In this document: positions 37,606 to 47,368 of the stretch, one piece after another
How the letters are laid out: the number at the start of each line of letters is the position of its first letter
How positions within the stretch are numbered: the stretch's first letter is position 1
Origin: Frankia alni ACN14a
Lineage (GTDB): Bacteria; Actinomycetota; Actinomycetes; Frankiales; Frankiaceae
NCBI RefSeq assembly: GCF_000058485.1
Contig: NC_008278.1
Coordinates: forward strand, 550,962-614,961
Direction of reading: 5' to 3'
DNA length: 64,000 bases
Made by a program: the position numbers and the translations under genes
The notes under the pieces: model-generated
What the model was told of the DNA's origin: nothing
Seen by the model: the letters and a program-made list of their open reading frames with translations, nothing else
Database searches by the model: none

Positions 37606-38826
37606 TCAGCCCGGTGAGGTGGCGCCGGCGGGGCGGGCGGGAGTGCGGCGAGGCGGTCTGGGGCCGCGACCGGCGGTGGTCAGGCGGCTGCCGAGCCAGC
37701 CCGCGGCGGCGGCGGCCGGCCACAGGCGGGTGGCTGCGTTGCGGGCGTGGATGCCGGTCCAGGTGGTGGGGATGAGCAGGTGGGCGGCCTGGTCGACGCC
37801 GCGCTGGCGTGGTTCGACAAGGTGGCGGTGACGCGCCTCGTAGCGGCGCAGGGCCGAGCGGTGATCATCGGGGGTTGCGGCCAGTTCCTCGGCGAGTGCG
37901 AACGCCCCGGCCATCGCCAGGGAGGAGCCGTCGCCGAACAGGGACACGCAGGAGGCCGCGTCGCCGACGAGCGTGATCCGACCAGTCGACCAGGCGGGTA
38001 CGTCCACCCGGCTCACCGCGTCGAAGTAGAGGTCCTCGCTGGCCTGTGCCCGCGCCAGCAGTTCCGGCGTCCGCCACGATCCGGCTGCGTAGGCGCCGGC
38101 GAGCAGAGTGCGGTGCTGGTCGATGTCGCGATGGTTGAAGTCCGCCAGATCCGGGCGGCGGAAGGCGAAGAACGCGATCGGCCCCGAGGCGGAGGGGTGC
38201 AGGGCGACGGCCCGGCCCGGGGTGTTGTGCATGACCACCTCACGCCGGTGCTCGATCGGTCCGTTGAACGGCACTGTGGCGATGTAGAGACCCAGGTGGC
38301 GTACGAAGTTGGCATCTGGCCCGAAGGCGAGCCGGCGCACTGCCGAATGGAGACCGTCGGCGCCGATGACCAGGTCGAATCGGCGGGAACGACCGTGGTC
38401 GAAGGTCACGTCGACGCCGTGGTCGTCCTGCGCCAGACCGGCGATGGAGTCGCCGAACACGAACTCCGCGTGCTCCGCGCTCGCCGCCTGCAGGATCGTG
38501 GCGAGCGCGCCGCGAGGAAGCTCGACGTCGCCACCGCCGGTCGCGCGCGCGAGCGCGCGCAGGTTGACACGGCCGACGCTGCGGCCGGCCGCGTCCACGA
38601 AGCGCATTCCCGTCACGTTGGTGGCGGCGGCCCGCAGCCGGGCGAGCACCCCCATCCGCTCTGCCACCCGCAGGGCCGGGCCGCGCACGTCCACCGGGCT
38701 GCCGCTGGTCCGCTGCCACAGCCCGCGCTCGACCACCGTCGGCCGAAAGCCGTGCCACGACAGCCAGTACGCGAGCGTCGTCCCGGCGATGCCGGCGCCG
38801 GAGACGAGCACCGTCCGGTTGCCCAT
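37606..38826 (-). CDS. FAD-dependent monooxygenase (aromatic-ring hydroxylase family)
   Basis: GAGIAGTTLAYWL dinucleotide motif, DLVIGADGLHSAVR, GDAAS. GGAGGAC RBS before the reassigned ATG at 38826. Confidence 0.75.
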   Translation of the reverse strand: MGNRTVLVSGAGIAGTTLAYWLSWHGFRPTVVERGLWQRTSGSPVDVRGPALRVAERMGVLARLRAAATNVTGMRFVDAAGRSVGRVNLRALARATGGGDVELPRGALATILQAASAEHAEFVFGDSIAGLAQDDHGVDVTFDHGRSRRFDLVIGADGLHSAVRRLAFGPDANFVRHLGLYIATVPFNGPIEHRREVVMHNTPGRAVALHPSASGPIAFFAFRRPDLADFNHRDIDQHRTLLAGAYAAGSWRTPELLARAQASEDLYFDAVSRVDVPAWSTGRITLVGDAASCVSLFGDGSSLAMAGAFALAEELAATPDDHRSALRRYEARHRHLVEPRQRGVDQAAHLLIPTTWTGIHARNAATRLWPAAAAAGWLGSRLTTAGRGPRPPRRTPARPAGATSPG

Positions 38827-38871
38827 GCGTCCTCCGCAGGTGGGGTCGAGGCCGATCGGACCGTCAGCGTA

Positions 38872-38894
38872 TGACCAGGTTTCAAATCTGGTCA
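38872..38894. promoter_or_regulatory. perfect 7-bp-arm palindrome TGACCAG-N9-CTGGTCA (candidate TetR operator) plus extra half-site at 38923-38929
   Basis: Direct reading, in the 110-bp divergent region between the monooxygenase and TetR genes. Confidence 0.55.
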
Positions 38895-38936
38895 AAAATT
38901 GAATGCGCGGTGTGATGAACGTTGACCAGCTCTCGA

Positions 38937-39746
38937 ATGCGGTCATACGGTCGTTCCGTGAGCCCGACAGCCGGCCGGTCCCGGGACTCGTCGCGCGGGC
39001 GGGAGCGCGCCACGCGCATCCTCGATGCCGCCGAGGATCTGCTGGTGCGTCACGGCGCGCGGCGGGTGACCGTCGAGGATGTCGCGCTCGGCGCCAACAT
39101 CGGCAAAGGCACGGTCTACCTGCACTGGGAGACGCGGGAGAAGCTGTTCGCCGCCGTCTTCGACCGTGCGGTGGCCCGAGCGATCTCCGAGCTGCTCGTC
39201 GCGATGCGCACCCAGCCGAGTACCTGCCTGCCGCACCAGTTCGCCCACGACTACTTCCTCGCCGTGATGCACCGTCCGCTGCTGCGCGGGCTGCTGCTGT
39301 CCGACCCGGAGCTGCTCGGCCGGCTGGCCCGCCAACACGACCCCGCCTGGGACGAACGCCACCACCTGGTGTCCGAACGGTACTTTCGGTTGCTCGCCGA
39401 ATACGGTGTGCTCCGGGCCGAGCTCGGTGCCGACGAGGTCGCCTACGCCTTCCAGGCGACGTTCGAGGGTTTCGTGCGGGCCGAGGACGAACTGGCCGGC
39501 GGCGAGAACGCCGCGCCGCGGGCTGCCGCCCAGCCCGCCGTCGCCACCCTGGAACGGCGGGCGGACCTGCTCGCCCGGACCGTCGAGCTCGCGTTCGAGA
39601 ACAGCCGCCCGGTCACGGCCGACGAGCTGCGTTCGCTCGCCGCCGACGTCGTGGACCTGTTCACCGACCTCGTCGACCGCCGCGGGTTCACCGACCTCGT
39701 CGACCTCGTCGACCATGCCGAGCTCGGTGCCCCCGCCGTGTCCTGA
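38937..39746 (+). CDS. TetR/AcrR-family transcriptional regulator
   Basis: HTH VTVEDVALGANIGKGTVYLHWETREKLF. An alternative TTG start lies at 38922. Confidence 0.7.
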   Translation: MRSYGRSVSPTAGRSRDSSRGRERATRILDAAEDLLVRHGARRVTVEDVALGANIGKGTVYLHWETREKLFAAVFDRAVARAISELLVAMRTQPSTCLPHQFAHDYFLAVMHRPLLRGLLLSDPELLGRLARQHDPAWDERHHLVSERYFRLLAEYGVLRAELGADEVAYAFQATFEGFVRAEDELAGGENAAPRAAAQPAVATLERRADLLARTVELAFENSRPVTADELRSLAADVVDLFTDLVDRRGFTDLVDLVDHAELGAPAVS

Positions 39747-39815
39747 TCGTCCAGGGCGGCCGCCCGGCCCCCCTCGCGCCGTCCGGTCCCCTCCGGACAC
39801 CCGACGGCGCGAGGG

Positions 39816-40826
39816 TCAGGGCAGGACGTCGTAGGTGTAGATGGCCGAGACGTCGAGGACGCCGCCCGGGGTGTCCGGCTTGCTGGCCGGGGTGAACGGG
39901 GAGACGAGCGGGTCGTCGATCCGGTGGCCGAGCAGGGTCGGCGGGGCCGTCATGTCCGGCTGGTACCGGCGGCCGTTGCGGCTCATCCAGCCCTCCCAGA
40001 GCCGGTCGACGTTGCAGTGGTGGACGAAGAACACCGGGTCGTTGGGGGACGACGCCGGGGCCATGTCGCCGCCGACCCACAGGTGGACCTGGTTGTGCAG
40101 GCCGGGGCCGGTGAAGCCCTCCAGCCGGTTGCGGAAGCCGCGGGAGGAGACGTCGAACGGCGGCCGGTCGTAGTCGGCGAGGCTCGGGTCGGCACGCGTG
40201 TCGTAGGCCGCGCGGACGTCGCCGGTGCGAGGCAGCCGCGGCGAGCCGAACGGGGCGTTCTGGCCGAAACTGCGGGCGAGGCCGCGCTCGGTGACCTGGC
40301 GCAGCGCGCCGCTGGAACCGGTCGCGATCCGGACCCGGAAACTCGTCGGGTCGGCCCGGTCGAAGGCGAACGCCCCACCGCGCACGGGGCTGCCCTGACC
40401 GCCGAACCCGTCCGGGGTGTCCCGCCACAGCACCGAGGCGGCCGGGTTCGCCACGCCGCCCGGCGCGGGCGGGGTGCCGTCGAGCGCCCAGTCCCAGTAG
40501 GGCAGGCCGAAGTCCGGGTCACCGAGAACCCGTTGCAGGTGTGCCTCCAACCACCGGAGCATCACCCGGTGCCAGGGCAGGAACACCGGCCCGCGGTGCG
40601 CGGCGTTGCGGGTCCCGGCGTCACCGCCCGGAGGCACCGCGGTGTTCATGGCGAGGACATGCCAGATGACGAACAGGTCGTAGGTGTACACGGGGCGGGC
40701 ACGATCGGGGATGCCGAACCGGTCCGTGGTCAGCGTGGTGGGCTCGTGCTTGAGCAGCTTGACGCCGCGGATGTAGTCCGCACGCGCCTTGTCGTCGCGG
40801 AGGATGTCCCGGCGGATCGCGGCCAT
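39816..40826 (-). CDS. melC2: tyrosinase
   Basis: CuA HRGPVFLPWHR and CuB HNQVHLWVGGDM...FFVHHCNVDRLW. Confidence 0.85.
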   Translation of the reverse strand: MAAIRRDILRDDKARADYIRGVKLLKHEPTTLTTDRFGIPDRARPVYTYDLFVIWHVLAMNTAVPPGGDAGTRNAAHRGPVFLPWHRVMLRWLEAHLQRVLGDPDFGLPYWDWALDGTPPAPGGVANPAASVLWRDTPDGFGGQGSPVRGGAFAFDRADPTSFRVRIATGSSGALRQVTERGLARSFGQNAPFGSPRLPRTGDVRAAYDTRADPSLADYDRPPFDVSSRGFRNRLEGFTGPGLHNQVHLWVGGDMAPASSPNDPVFFVHHCNVDRLWEGWMSRNGRRYQPDMTAPPTLLGHRIDDPLVSPFTPASKPDTPGGVLDVSAIYTYDVLP

Positions 40827-40827
40827 C

Positions 40828-41235
40828 TCACCGACCTCCCGGGGTCTCGTCGCCGTGCATGTGGCCGCTGCCGCCGTGATCGTGGCCTTCGTGATCGTGG
40901 CCTTCGTGGCCCTCGGCGGGCGACGGCTGCGGGGAGAACTCTTCGGGGAAGGTGCGGATGAGCACCCGCACCAGGTCCACGAGGGAGGGGAGCTGGTAGG
41001 CGGGCAGGCCGTGGCAGTGCGCCGAGCCGTCGTTCGACAGCCCGATGTGCACGTCCAACGGCCGCCCGTCGACGGTGATCTCGTAGGTGGTCGTGACGAC
41101 GACGTGATGGCCGTCGAAGTCGTCCTCGCGCACGCTGCGCGCCGGACCGGTGTGATCGTGCTCGGGCTGTGGGAGTCCGGCCAGGTAGGTCGCGAGGAAG
41201 GCCGGCTGGATGGGGTCGGCGGTGTCCGATGGCAT
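40828..41235 (-). CDS. melC1: tyrosinase copper chaperone (MelC1-like) with His-rich C-terminal repeat
   Basis: Lies immediately upstream of melC2 with a TGAGATG junction. HxxH motifs and a GHDHEGHDHGGSGHMHG tail. Confidence 0.6.
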   Translation of the reverse strand: MPSDTADPIQPAFLATYLAGLPQPEHDHTGPARSVREDDFDGHHVVVTTTYEITVDGRPLDVHIGLSNDGSAHCHGLPAYQLPSLVDLVRVLIRTFPEEFSPQPSPAEGHEGHDHEGHDHGGSGHMHGDETPGGR

Positions 41236-41557
41236 GGAGGTCCCCCGAGGTCTGGTGGCTGCCACGATGCGATGATGTGGCCGCAGCATCTACCGTGGGT
41301 GAGGAATTCACAGCGAACTGTCGCCTAGACGTCGTCCTCCGCGATACCCGAGCTCGGGATGGCAGAGGCGGCTACGCGGGATGCCACCTCGTGAGGGCTG
41401 TGCGGGAGCAGGGTTGACGGCTCCCGCGATGCGGCGGAGCCTTTGTTCGCGCCGAGTTTCGCCCTTGCCGGTCGGGCCGCCCTCGTCGGCTGCTCGCCGC
41501 CGAGGTGTCCGCATCCGCGGGTCCGCCTGCGGGCCCAGCCGGTCTGGAGGAAGTCCG

Positions 41558-41941
41558 ATGTCGCGAACGGTCCTGCTGCCGAACGCCGATCATCCGATCA
41601 CCGTCGAGCCGACCGGTGGGCGGGTGGTCGTCCGGATCGACGGGCGTGTCGTCGCCGACTCGCATGACTCGCGGACGCTGCGCGAGGCCAGCTATCCGCC
41701 GGTGCAGTACATACCGATCGCCGACGTCGACCAGAGCGTGCTGCGCCGCAGCGACACCACCAGCTACTGCCCGTACAAGGGCGACGCGAGCTACTACAGC
41801 GTCGAGACCTCGGACGGCACGACGCTGCGCGACGTCATCTGGACCTACGAGACCCCCTACCCGGCCGTCGCGGACATCGCCGGCCGGATCGCCTTCTACG
41901 CCGACCGCGTGGAGATCACCCTCCCCGACGCCGCCGCGTGA
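41558..41941 (+). CDS. DUF427 domain protein
   Basis: YPPVQYIPIADVDQSVL...YCPYKGDASYYSV. GGAGG RBS. Confidence 0.65.
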   Translation: MSRTVLLPNADHPITVEPTGGRVVVRIDGRVVADSHDSRTLREASYPPVQYIPIADVDQSVLRRSDTTSYCPYKGDASYYSVETSDGTTLRDVIWTYETPYPAVADIAGRIAFYADRVEITLPDAAA

Positions 41942-42022
41942 ACCCGGCGGCGCGGCATCCTTCGCGGCTTCGCTTCGGCCGGGGTCGCGAGCGCAGGTCC
42001 CGTCGGCAGTAGGGCTCGCGGT

Positions 42023-42517
42023 ATGCGGCGGATCGTCATCCTCGGCCGTGGCGGGGCCGGGAAGTCCACCCTCGCCCGCCGGCTCGGGGAGATCACCGGC
42101 ATTCCCGTGATCGAGCTGGACCAGCTCTTCTGGCGCCCCGGGCCGCGGCCCAGCCTGCCGCAGGAGTGGACGAGGACCGAGCGGGAGGCCGTCCGGGCGG
42201 ATGCCTGGATCATGGATGGCGATCTCGGGCCCTACGAGGTGTCCCTGGACCGGTTCGCCGCCGCGGACACCATCGTCGTGCTCGACTTCTCCCTGCCCCG
42301 CTGCGCCTGGCGGGCGTTGCGGCGCTCAAGGGAGAACCTCGAGTTCTGGCGGTGGACGATCGGCTATCGGCGCCGCAGCCTCCCGCAGGTCATGGCCCGG
42401 ATCTCGGCGCGCCGCGCCGCCGCGAAGCTCCACGTGGTGCGCAACCCGCGGGAACTGGAACGGTTCGTCGCCCTGGTGGCGGCCACGGCCGGTCGCGGGA
42501 CGACCAGCGCCTCCTGA
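42023..42517 (+). CDS. P-loop NTPase (AAA-family kinase / topology-modulation-like)
   Basis: Walker A ILGRGGAGKSTLARRL. Confidence 0.6.
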   Translation: MRRIVILGRGGAGKSTLARRLGEITGIPVIELDQLFWRPGPRPSLPQEWTRTEREAVRADAWIMDGDLGPYEVSLDRFAAADTIVVLDFSLPRCAWRALRRSRENLEFWRWTIGYRRRSLPQVMARISARRAAAKLHVVRNPRELERFVALVAATAGRGTTSAS

Positions 42518-42581
42518 GCGCCCGCGCCTGGCCCGCCGGCACGGGTCAGGCGCGCTGGTCGGGTCAGGTGAGCCGGTCGGG

Positions 42582-43535
42582 TCAGGCGAGCCGGTCGAGC
42601 GCGTCGCGCAGGTACCGGCCCAGGGTTTCGCTCCCGGTGTGGCCGGAATCGGTGATCGGGACGAGGTCGGCGTCCGGCCAGGCACGGGCCAGCTCCCAGG
42701 CGACGCGGAACGGGCCGCCCAGATCATGGCGGCCGTGGATCAGCACCCCCGGGATGCCGGCGAGCCGGCCGGCGTCGCGTAGCAGCACGCCTTCGTCCAG
42801 CCAGGCCCCGTGCGCGAAGTAGTGCGAGCAGATCCGCGCCAGCGCGAGCCTCGCCCGCTGTGGGCGGCTGCCGTACGCGCCCGGCTGCCCGTTCGACTCC
42901 AGTGAGATGACCGCGTCCTCCCAGGCGCACCAGTCGTCGGCGGCCCGCTGACGCACCGCCGGGTCCGGATCCGCAAGCAGGCGCGCGTAGCCGGCGACGA
43001 GGTCGCCGTCGCGGTCCGCGGGCGGCAGTGCGTCGCGGAACCGCTCCCACTCCGCGGGGAAGTACCGGGCCACGCCGCGGTAGAGCCAGTCGACGTCGCG
43101 GCGGCGGGTCATCGTCACGGCCACAAGGACGATTTCCGACACCCGGGACGGGTGGCGCTCGGCGTAGGCCAGGGTGAGCGTCGAACCCCACGAGGCGCCG
43201 TACAGCAACCACCGGTCGATCCCGAGGTGCTCGCGGAGCAGCTCCATGTCCGCCAGCAGATGGCCGGTGGTGTTGTGCCGCAGGTCGGTGTCGTGGTCGC
43301 CGGCATGCGGGGTGCTGCGGCCGCAGCCGCGCTGGTCGAACAGGACAATCCGGTAGCGGTCCGGGTCGAACCACCGGCGCGCCTGCGGCGAGCAGCCCGA
43401 ACCCGGCCCGCCATGGACGACCAGCGCCGGCCTGCCGGCCGGGTTGCCGCAGACCTCCCAGTAGACGAGGTTGCCGTCGCCGACGTCGAGCATCCCGGTG
43501 TCGTACGGCTCGATCGGCGGATACTGCGATCCCAT
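42582..43535 (-). CDS. pip: prolyl aminopeptidase (proline iminopeptidase)
   Basis: VVHGGPGSG, GASWGSTLTLAY and a full-length S33 pattern. Confidence 0.8.
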   Translation of the reverse strand: MGSQYPPIEPYDTGMLDVGDGNLVYWEVCGNPAGRPALVVHGGPGSGCSPQARRWFDPDRYRIVLFDQRGCGRSTPHAGDHDTDLRHNTTGHLLADMELLREHLGIDRWLLYGASWGSTLTLAYAERHPSRVSEIVLVAVTMTRRRDVDWLYRGVARYFPAEWERFRDALPPADRDGDLVAGYARLLADPDPAVRQRAADDWCAWEDAVISLESNGQPGAYGSRPQRARLALARICSHYFAHGAWLDEGVLLRDAGRLAGIPGVLIHGRHDLGGPFRVAWELARAWPDADLVPITDSGHTGSETLGRYLRDALDRLA

Positions 43536-43549
43536 CGGCCAATCCTGGC

Positions 43550-44392
43550 CTACTGGTCACGGTGGGTACCGGCAGTGGTCGGGATTCCGATCGTGTGGAC
43601 CCACTCCTCGTAGCGACCGACCGGGAGGAAGCCGAGGGCGGCGTAGAGGCCACGGGCCATCGGCGTCGACTGCAGGGTCGCGGTCCGCGCCCCGTCCTGT
43701 TCGGCGACGGCGAGCACGTGGCGCAGCAGCGCCGTCGCCAGGCCGCGCCGTCGCCAGGCCGGGGCCGTCCCGACCGTGTAGATCCCGCAGTCGGCGCCGT
43801 GCCGGAAGCTCCAGGCGCCCGCCACCGCGGCTCCGTCGCGCAGCAGGGCCCAGGCGGCCAGGCCCGGCACCGCCTCCGGTAAACCGAGTTCGGCCGCGTC
43901 GAGCGGCCCGTCGGCGGCCCGGATGGCCGCGTCGATCGAGGTGCGGACGACGCCGTCGGTCCGGGTCGGCCCAGGTTGCAGCACGGCCCGCATGACGAGC
44001 GTCGTGGTGTCACGAGTGAGCCCGTCGACCGTGCACGGCCCGTCGACCGTGCACGGCCCGTCGACCGTGCGCGGCTCGTCGGGGGTGTCGAGGTCCGTCG
44101 CCCGGCTCGGGATCCACAGCGCCCACGTGTCGACGCCGGCCGCGGCGTACAGCCTGCCCAGCCGGCCCGCGACCGTCGACGCGGTGGCCACGTCGTCGAG
44201 CAGGATCGCGTTGTTCAGCGGCGCCCAGTCCGGGAAGACCGCCGCGACCGCACCGGGCGGGTGGACCAGCCCGGCGCCCGGTGATGTTCGGGCCAGGGCC
44301 GCCCAGCTGGCGAGCAGCGTCTCCTGCCCCGGCAGCGTCGTAGCTGTGCTCGTGCCCGCCGGTTGCCCGGTCCCATGCCCGGTCCCAGTCAT
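43550..44392 (-). CDS. GNAT family N-acetyltransferase
   Basis: C-terminal acetyl-CoA-binding motif RRRGLATALLRHVL. GGGAGG RBS. Has a GPCTVD x3 repeat. Confidence 0.6.
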   Translation of the reverse strand: MTGTGHGTGQPAGTSTATTLPGQETLLASWAALARTSPGAGLVHPPGAVAAVFPDWAPLNNAILLDDVATASTVAGRLGRLYAAAGVDTWALWIPSRATDLDTPDEPRTVDGPCTVDGPCTVDGLTRDTTTLVMRAVLQPGPTRTDGVVRTSIDAAIRAADGPLDAAELGLPEAVPGLAAWALLRDGAAVAGAWSFRHGADCGIYTVGTAPAWRRRGLATALLRHVLAVAEQDGARTATLQSTPMARGLYAALGFLPVGRYEEWVHTIGIPTTAGTHRDQ

Positions 44393-44531
44393 GCGTCCGC
44401 CTCCCGCCTGTCTGGTACGGGACATCGATGCCGGCCCCGGTAGCTCCGTCGACTATGGCCCCTGGCCAGGCACCGCCCGGGTCGGATCGACGGCACGCTT
44501 CTCCAGACCGTCAGAAGATCCCGGCAATCGT

Positions 44532-44544
44532 ATGCGATTCGCAT
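44532..44544. promoter_or_regulatory. palindrome ATGCGA-T-TCGCAT in an AT-rich stretch 15 nt upstream of the MarR start (candidate autoregulatory operator)
   Basis: Direct reading. Confidence 0.35.
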
Positions 44545-44558
44545 GTAATATCTATGCG

Positions 44559-45116
44559 ATGCGCACAGATATTGATGGCGCCGATGATGTGGCGCCGGGC
44601 GGACCCGCGCTGTTCCGGCTGGTCAGGTTCTGGTCACGGCGATGGACGGCCACCGCCGCGGCCGGCGAGGACGTCGACCGGACCGGTCACGTCCTTGTCC
44701 TGACGGCGATCGATGCCGCAAGCCGTGACGGCCGCGCCCAGATCGTCGACGTCGCCGCGGAGCTCGGGCTCGACCGGTCGAACGCCAGCCGGATGCTTGC
44801 CGCCGCCGTGTCCGCCGGACTGGTGACCAAGAGCGTTTCGCCCGCGGACGCGCGCCGCGCCGAACTCGCCGTCACCCCGGCCGGCGCGGAGCTGCTCGCC
44901 GCCGCCCGCGCCTGGCAGGAGCGCATGTTTGCCGGGCTCGTGGCGGACTGGCCGGCCGACGACGCCCGCCGCTTCGCCGCCTACCTCGCCCGCCTGGCCG
45001 CCGAGACCACGCCGGCCACCACGACCACACCGACTGCCACGACCACACCGACTGCCACAACCACACCGACCGCCGCCATGCCGGCCACTCGGACCGCATT
45101 GGAGGTACGCCCATGA
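44559..45116 (+). CDS. MarR-family transcriptional regulator with TTTPTA-repeat tail
   Basis: wHTH IVDVAAELGLDRSNASRMLAAAVSAGLVTKS. Confidence 0.7.
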   Translation: MRTDIDGADDVAPGGPALFRLVRFWSRRWTATAAAGEDVDRTGHVLVLTAIDAASRDGRAQIVDVAAELGLDRSNASRMLAAAVSAGLVTKSVSPADARRAELAVTPAGAELLAAARAWQERMFAGLVADWPADDARRFAAYLARLAAETTPATTTTPTATTTPTATTTPTAAMPATRTALEVRP

Positions 45117-45478
45117 CTGTCGTGCTCAACCACACCATCGTCCCGGTGGCCGACAAGGAACGCTCGGCCCGGCTGCTCGCCGCCCTGCTTGGTGTCGAGG
45201 CGGGCGAACCGGCCGGTCCTTTTGTTCCGGTCCGCGTCAACGACGAGCTCACCCTCGACTTCGATGACCGGCTCGGCGCCCGTCCCGGCCACTACGCCTT
45301 CCTGGTCGACGACGTCACTTTCGACGTCGCCCTCGACCAGGCGAGGCGGTCCGGCCTGGCCTGGGGCTCGGCGCCGCGGACCGTCGACCGTCAGATCAAC
45401 CACCTCGGTGGCGGCCGGGGCGTCTACATCCGTGACCCCGACGGCATCGCCTACGAGTTCTTCACCACCGTTCCGTGA
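45113..45478 (+). CDS. VOC/glyoxalase-family protein
   Basis: 121 aa with the VOC fold pattern. ATGA overlap with MarR. GGAGG RBS. Confidence 0.6.
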   Translation: MTVVLNHTIVPVADKERSARLLAALLGVEAGEPAGPFVPVRVNDELTLDFDDRLGARPGHYAFLVDDVTFDVALDQARRSGLAWGSAPRTVDRQINHLGGGRGVYIRDPDGIAYEFFTTVP

Positions 45479-45537
45479 CGATGGTCACGGCGGAAGGGTG
45501 ACAGTAGGTTGTCGCCGGCCGGGGCAACGATCGAATC

Positions 45538-46545
45538 ATGACTGAGTTCGCGATCGCGCCGCCGTCCGCTGTCCGTAACGATTCCCTCGTCACGACCGGG
45601 CTCGACTGTCTCGCCGAGACCGAGGCGTTCAACGCCGCGTTCGAGGCCAAGGCGGGCTCCGTGCCGGACCGCAGCCGAGGGGTGGACGCCGCGACGCTGG
45701 CGACGTTGCGGCGTAACCGGGTGGGTGGCGAGGCGCCGCCGGTGCGCCTGGCCGAGGCGCACGACCGGCAGGTCGAGGTCGACGGGGTGCGGGTCGGGTT
45801 GCGGGTCTTCGTCCCGCCCGTCGTCGAGGGCGCCTACCTGCACATCCACGGCGGCGCGTGGATGTTCGGCTCGGCCGACGGGCAGGACGAGCAGCTGTGG
45901 GACCTCGCCCGCACCGCCCGGCTCGCCGTGCTCAGCGTCGACTACCGCCTCGCGCCCGAACACCCGTACCCGGCGGCGCTGGACGACTGCGAACGGGCCG
46001 CGCTGTGGCTGGTCCGCAACGCCGCGGTCGAGTTCGGCACCGACCGGCTGCTCATCGGCGGCGAGTCCGCCGGCGCGCACCTGTCGCTGACCAGCCTGCT
46101 GCGGCTGCGGGACCGACACGCGATCACGGGGGCGTTTCGGGCGGCCCACCTGACGTTCGGGCCGTACGACCTGTCGATGACGCCGAGCCAGCGCCTGTTC
46201 GGCTCCCGCCGGCTGGTGAGCAACACCGACTCGCTACGGGGGACCTACGACGCGTTCGTCCCCGGTCGGACGCCCGAGCAGCGGCGCGACCCGGACGTGT
46301 CCCCGCTGTACGCGGACCTCGCGGGCATGCCCGCGGCGCGCTTCGTGGTCGGCACCGACGATCCGCTGCGCGACGACTCACTGTTCATGGCCGCGCGCTG
46401 GCGGGCCGCCGGACTGCCGGTGGAACTGGAGGTGGTGGCCGGGGCGATGCACGGGTTCACCCTGTTCCCCCTCACCATCACCGAACGGGAGCTGCGCCGG
46501 CAGACCGAGTTCCTGTCGGGGGCGGGACGTAGCCTCCGGCCGTGA
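45538..46545 (+). CDS. alpha/beta hydrolase (HSL-type esterase/lipase)
   Basis: HGGAW oxyanion motif and GESAGAHL nucleophile elbow. Confidence 0.75.
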   Translation: MTEFAIAPPSAVRNDSLVTTGLDCLAETEAFNAAFEAKAGSVPDRSRGVDAATLATLRRNRVGGEAPPVRLAEAHDRQVEVDGVRVGLRVFVPPVVEGAYLHIHGGAWMFGSADGQDEQLWDLARTARLAVLSVDYRLAPEHPYPAALDDCERAALWLVRNAAVEFGTDRLLIGGESAGAHLSLTSLLRLRDRHAITGAFRAAHLTFGPYDLSMTPSQRLFGSRRLVSNTDSLRGTYDAFVPGRTPEQRRDPDVSPLYADLAGMPAARFVVGTDDPLRDDSLFMAARWRAAGLPVELEVVAGAMHGFTLFPLTITERELRRQTEFLSGAGRSLRP

Positions 46546-47252
46546 CCCGAACGGACCGGCTCTATGCGCTGATGGAGGAGCTGCGGGCGGTGGCGCCGCG
46601 TCCCGTCACGGTGCCGGTGCTCGCGCGACGTCTGGAGGTCAGCGAGCGCACCGTGCAGCGGGATCTGAAGGCGCTGGCGGAGACAGGCGCCCCCGTCTAC
46701 AGCGCCACCGGGCGCGGCGGCGGCTGGTCCGTGGACCCGGCGATGACCCTGCCGCCGATCGGGTTCACGCCAGGGGAGGCCCTGGCGGTGGCCGCGGCGC
46801 TGGCCGCCGCGGAGGGCTCCGCGCCGTTCGCCGACGGCATCCGCGGCGCGATGCGGAAGATTGCCGCGTCCCTGTCCGGCCAGGCCCTCGTCGAGGCGCA
46901 CGAGTTGGCCGCCCAGATCGTCGCCCTGCCGTCCCGGCTCGACCCAACGGTCCGCGGCGCGGTGGAGTGGGCCCTGACCCGGCGGGAGGTGCTGTCGCTG
47001 AGCTACCTGGACGCCGGCGGGCGCACCTCGGAGCGGGAGGTGGAGCCGGCCGGCCTGCTCGCCGCCGAGGGCCGTTGGTACCTGGTGGCCTGGTGCCGCC
47101 TGCGGCGCGCCCCGCGCGGTTTCCGGCTCGACCGGATTCGCGCCGCCGCCCCGACCGGGCAGGCCGCCCCCCGCCGCGAGCTCGCCGACCTGCTCGGCTC
47201 GGCCGCCACGGGCGCGGTCACTCCGGCCGTGCTGGACAGCCTGGCCCCCTGA
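46542..47252 (+). CDS. HTH plus WYL-domain transcriptional regulator
   Basis: N-terminal HTH (LARRLEVSERTVQRDL) and a C-terminal WYL motif (GRWYLVAWC). GTGA overlap with the esterase stop. Confidence 0.65.
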   Translation: MTRTDRLYALMEELRAVAPRPVTVPVLARRLEVSERTVQRDLKALAETGAPVYSATGRGGGWSVDPAMTLPPIGFTPGEALAVAAALAAAEGSAPFADGIRGAMRKIAASLSGQALVEAHELAAQIVALPSRLDPTVRGAVEWALTRREVLSLSYLDAGGRTSEREVEPAGLLAAEGRWYLVAWCRLRRAPRGFRLDRIRAAAPTGQAAPRRELADLLGSAATGAVTPAVLDSLAP

Positions 47253-47368
47253 CGCAGCCAGCCCGATCCGCGCCGACGCGGCCCGGGTAGGACCGGTCCG
47301 GCGGCGGGCGGGAGAGGCCGGCGGGGAGCTGGGTGGGGCGGCGCCGGGTGAGGTGGGACAGCGGTGGA

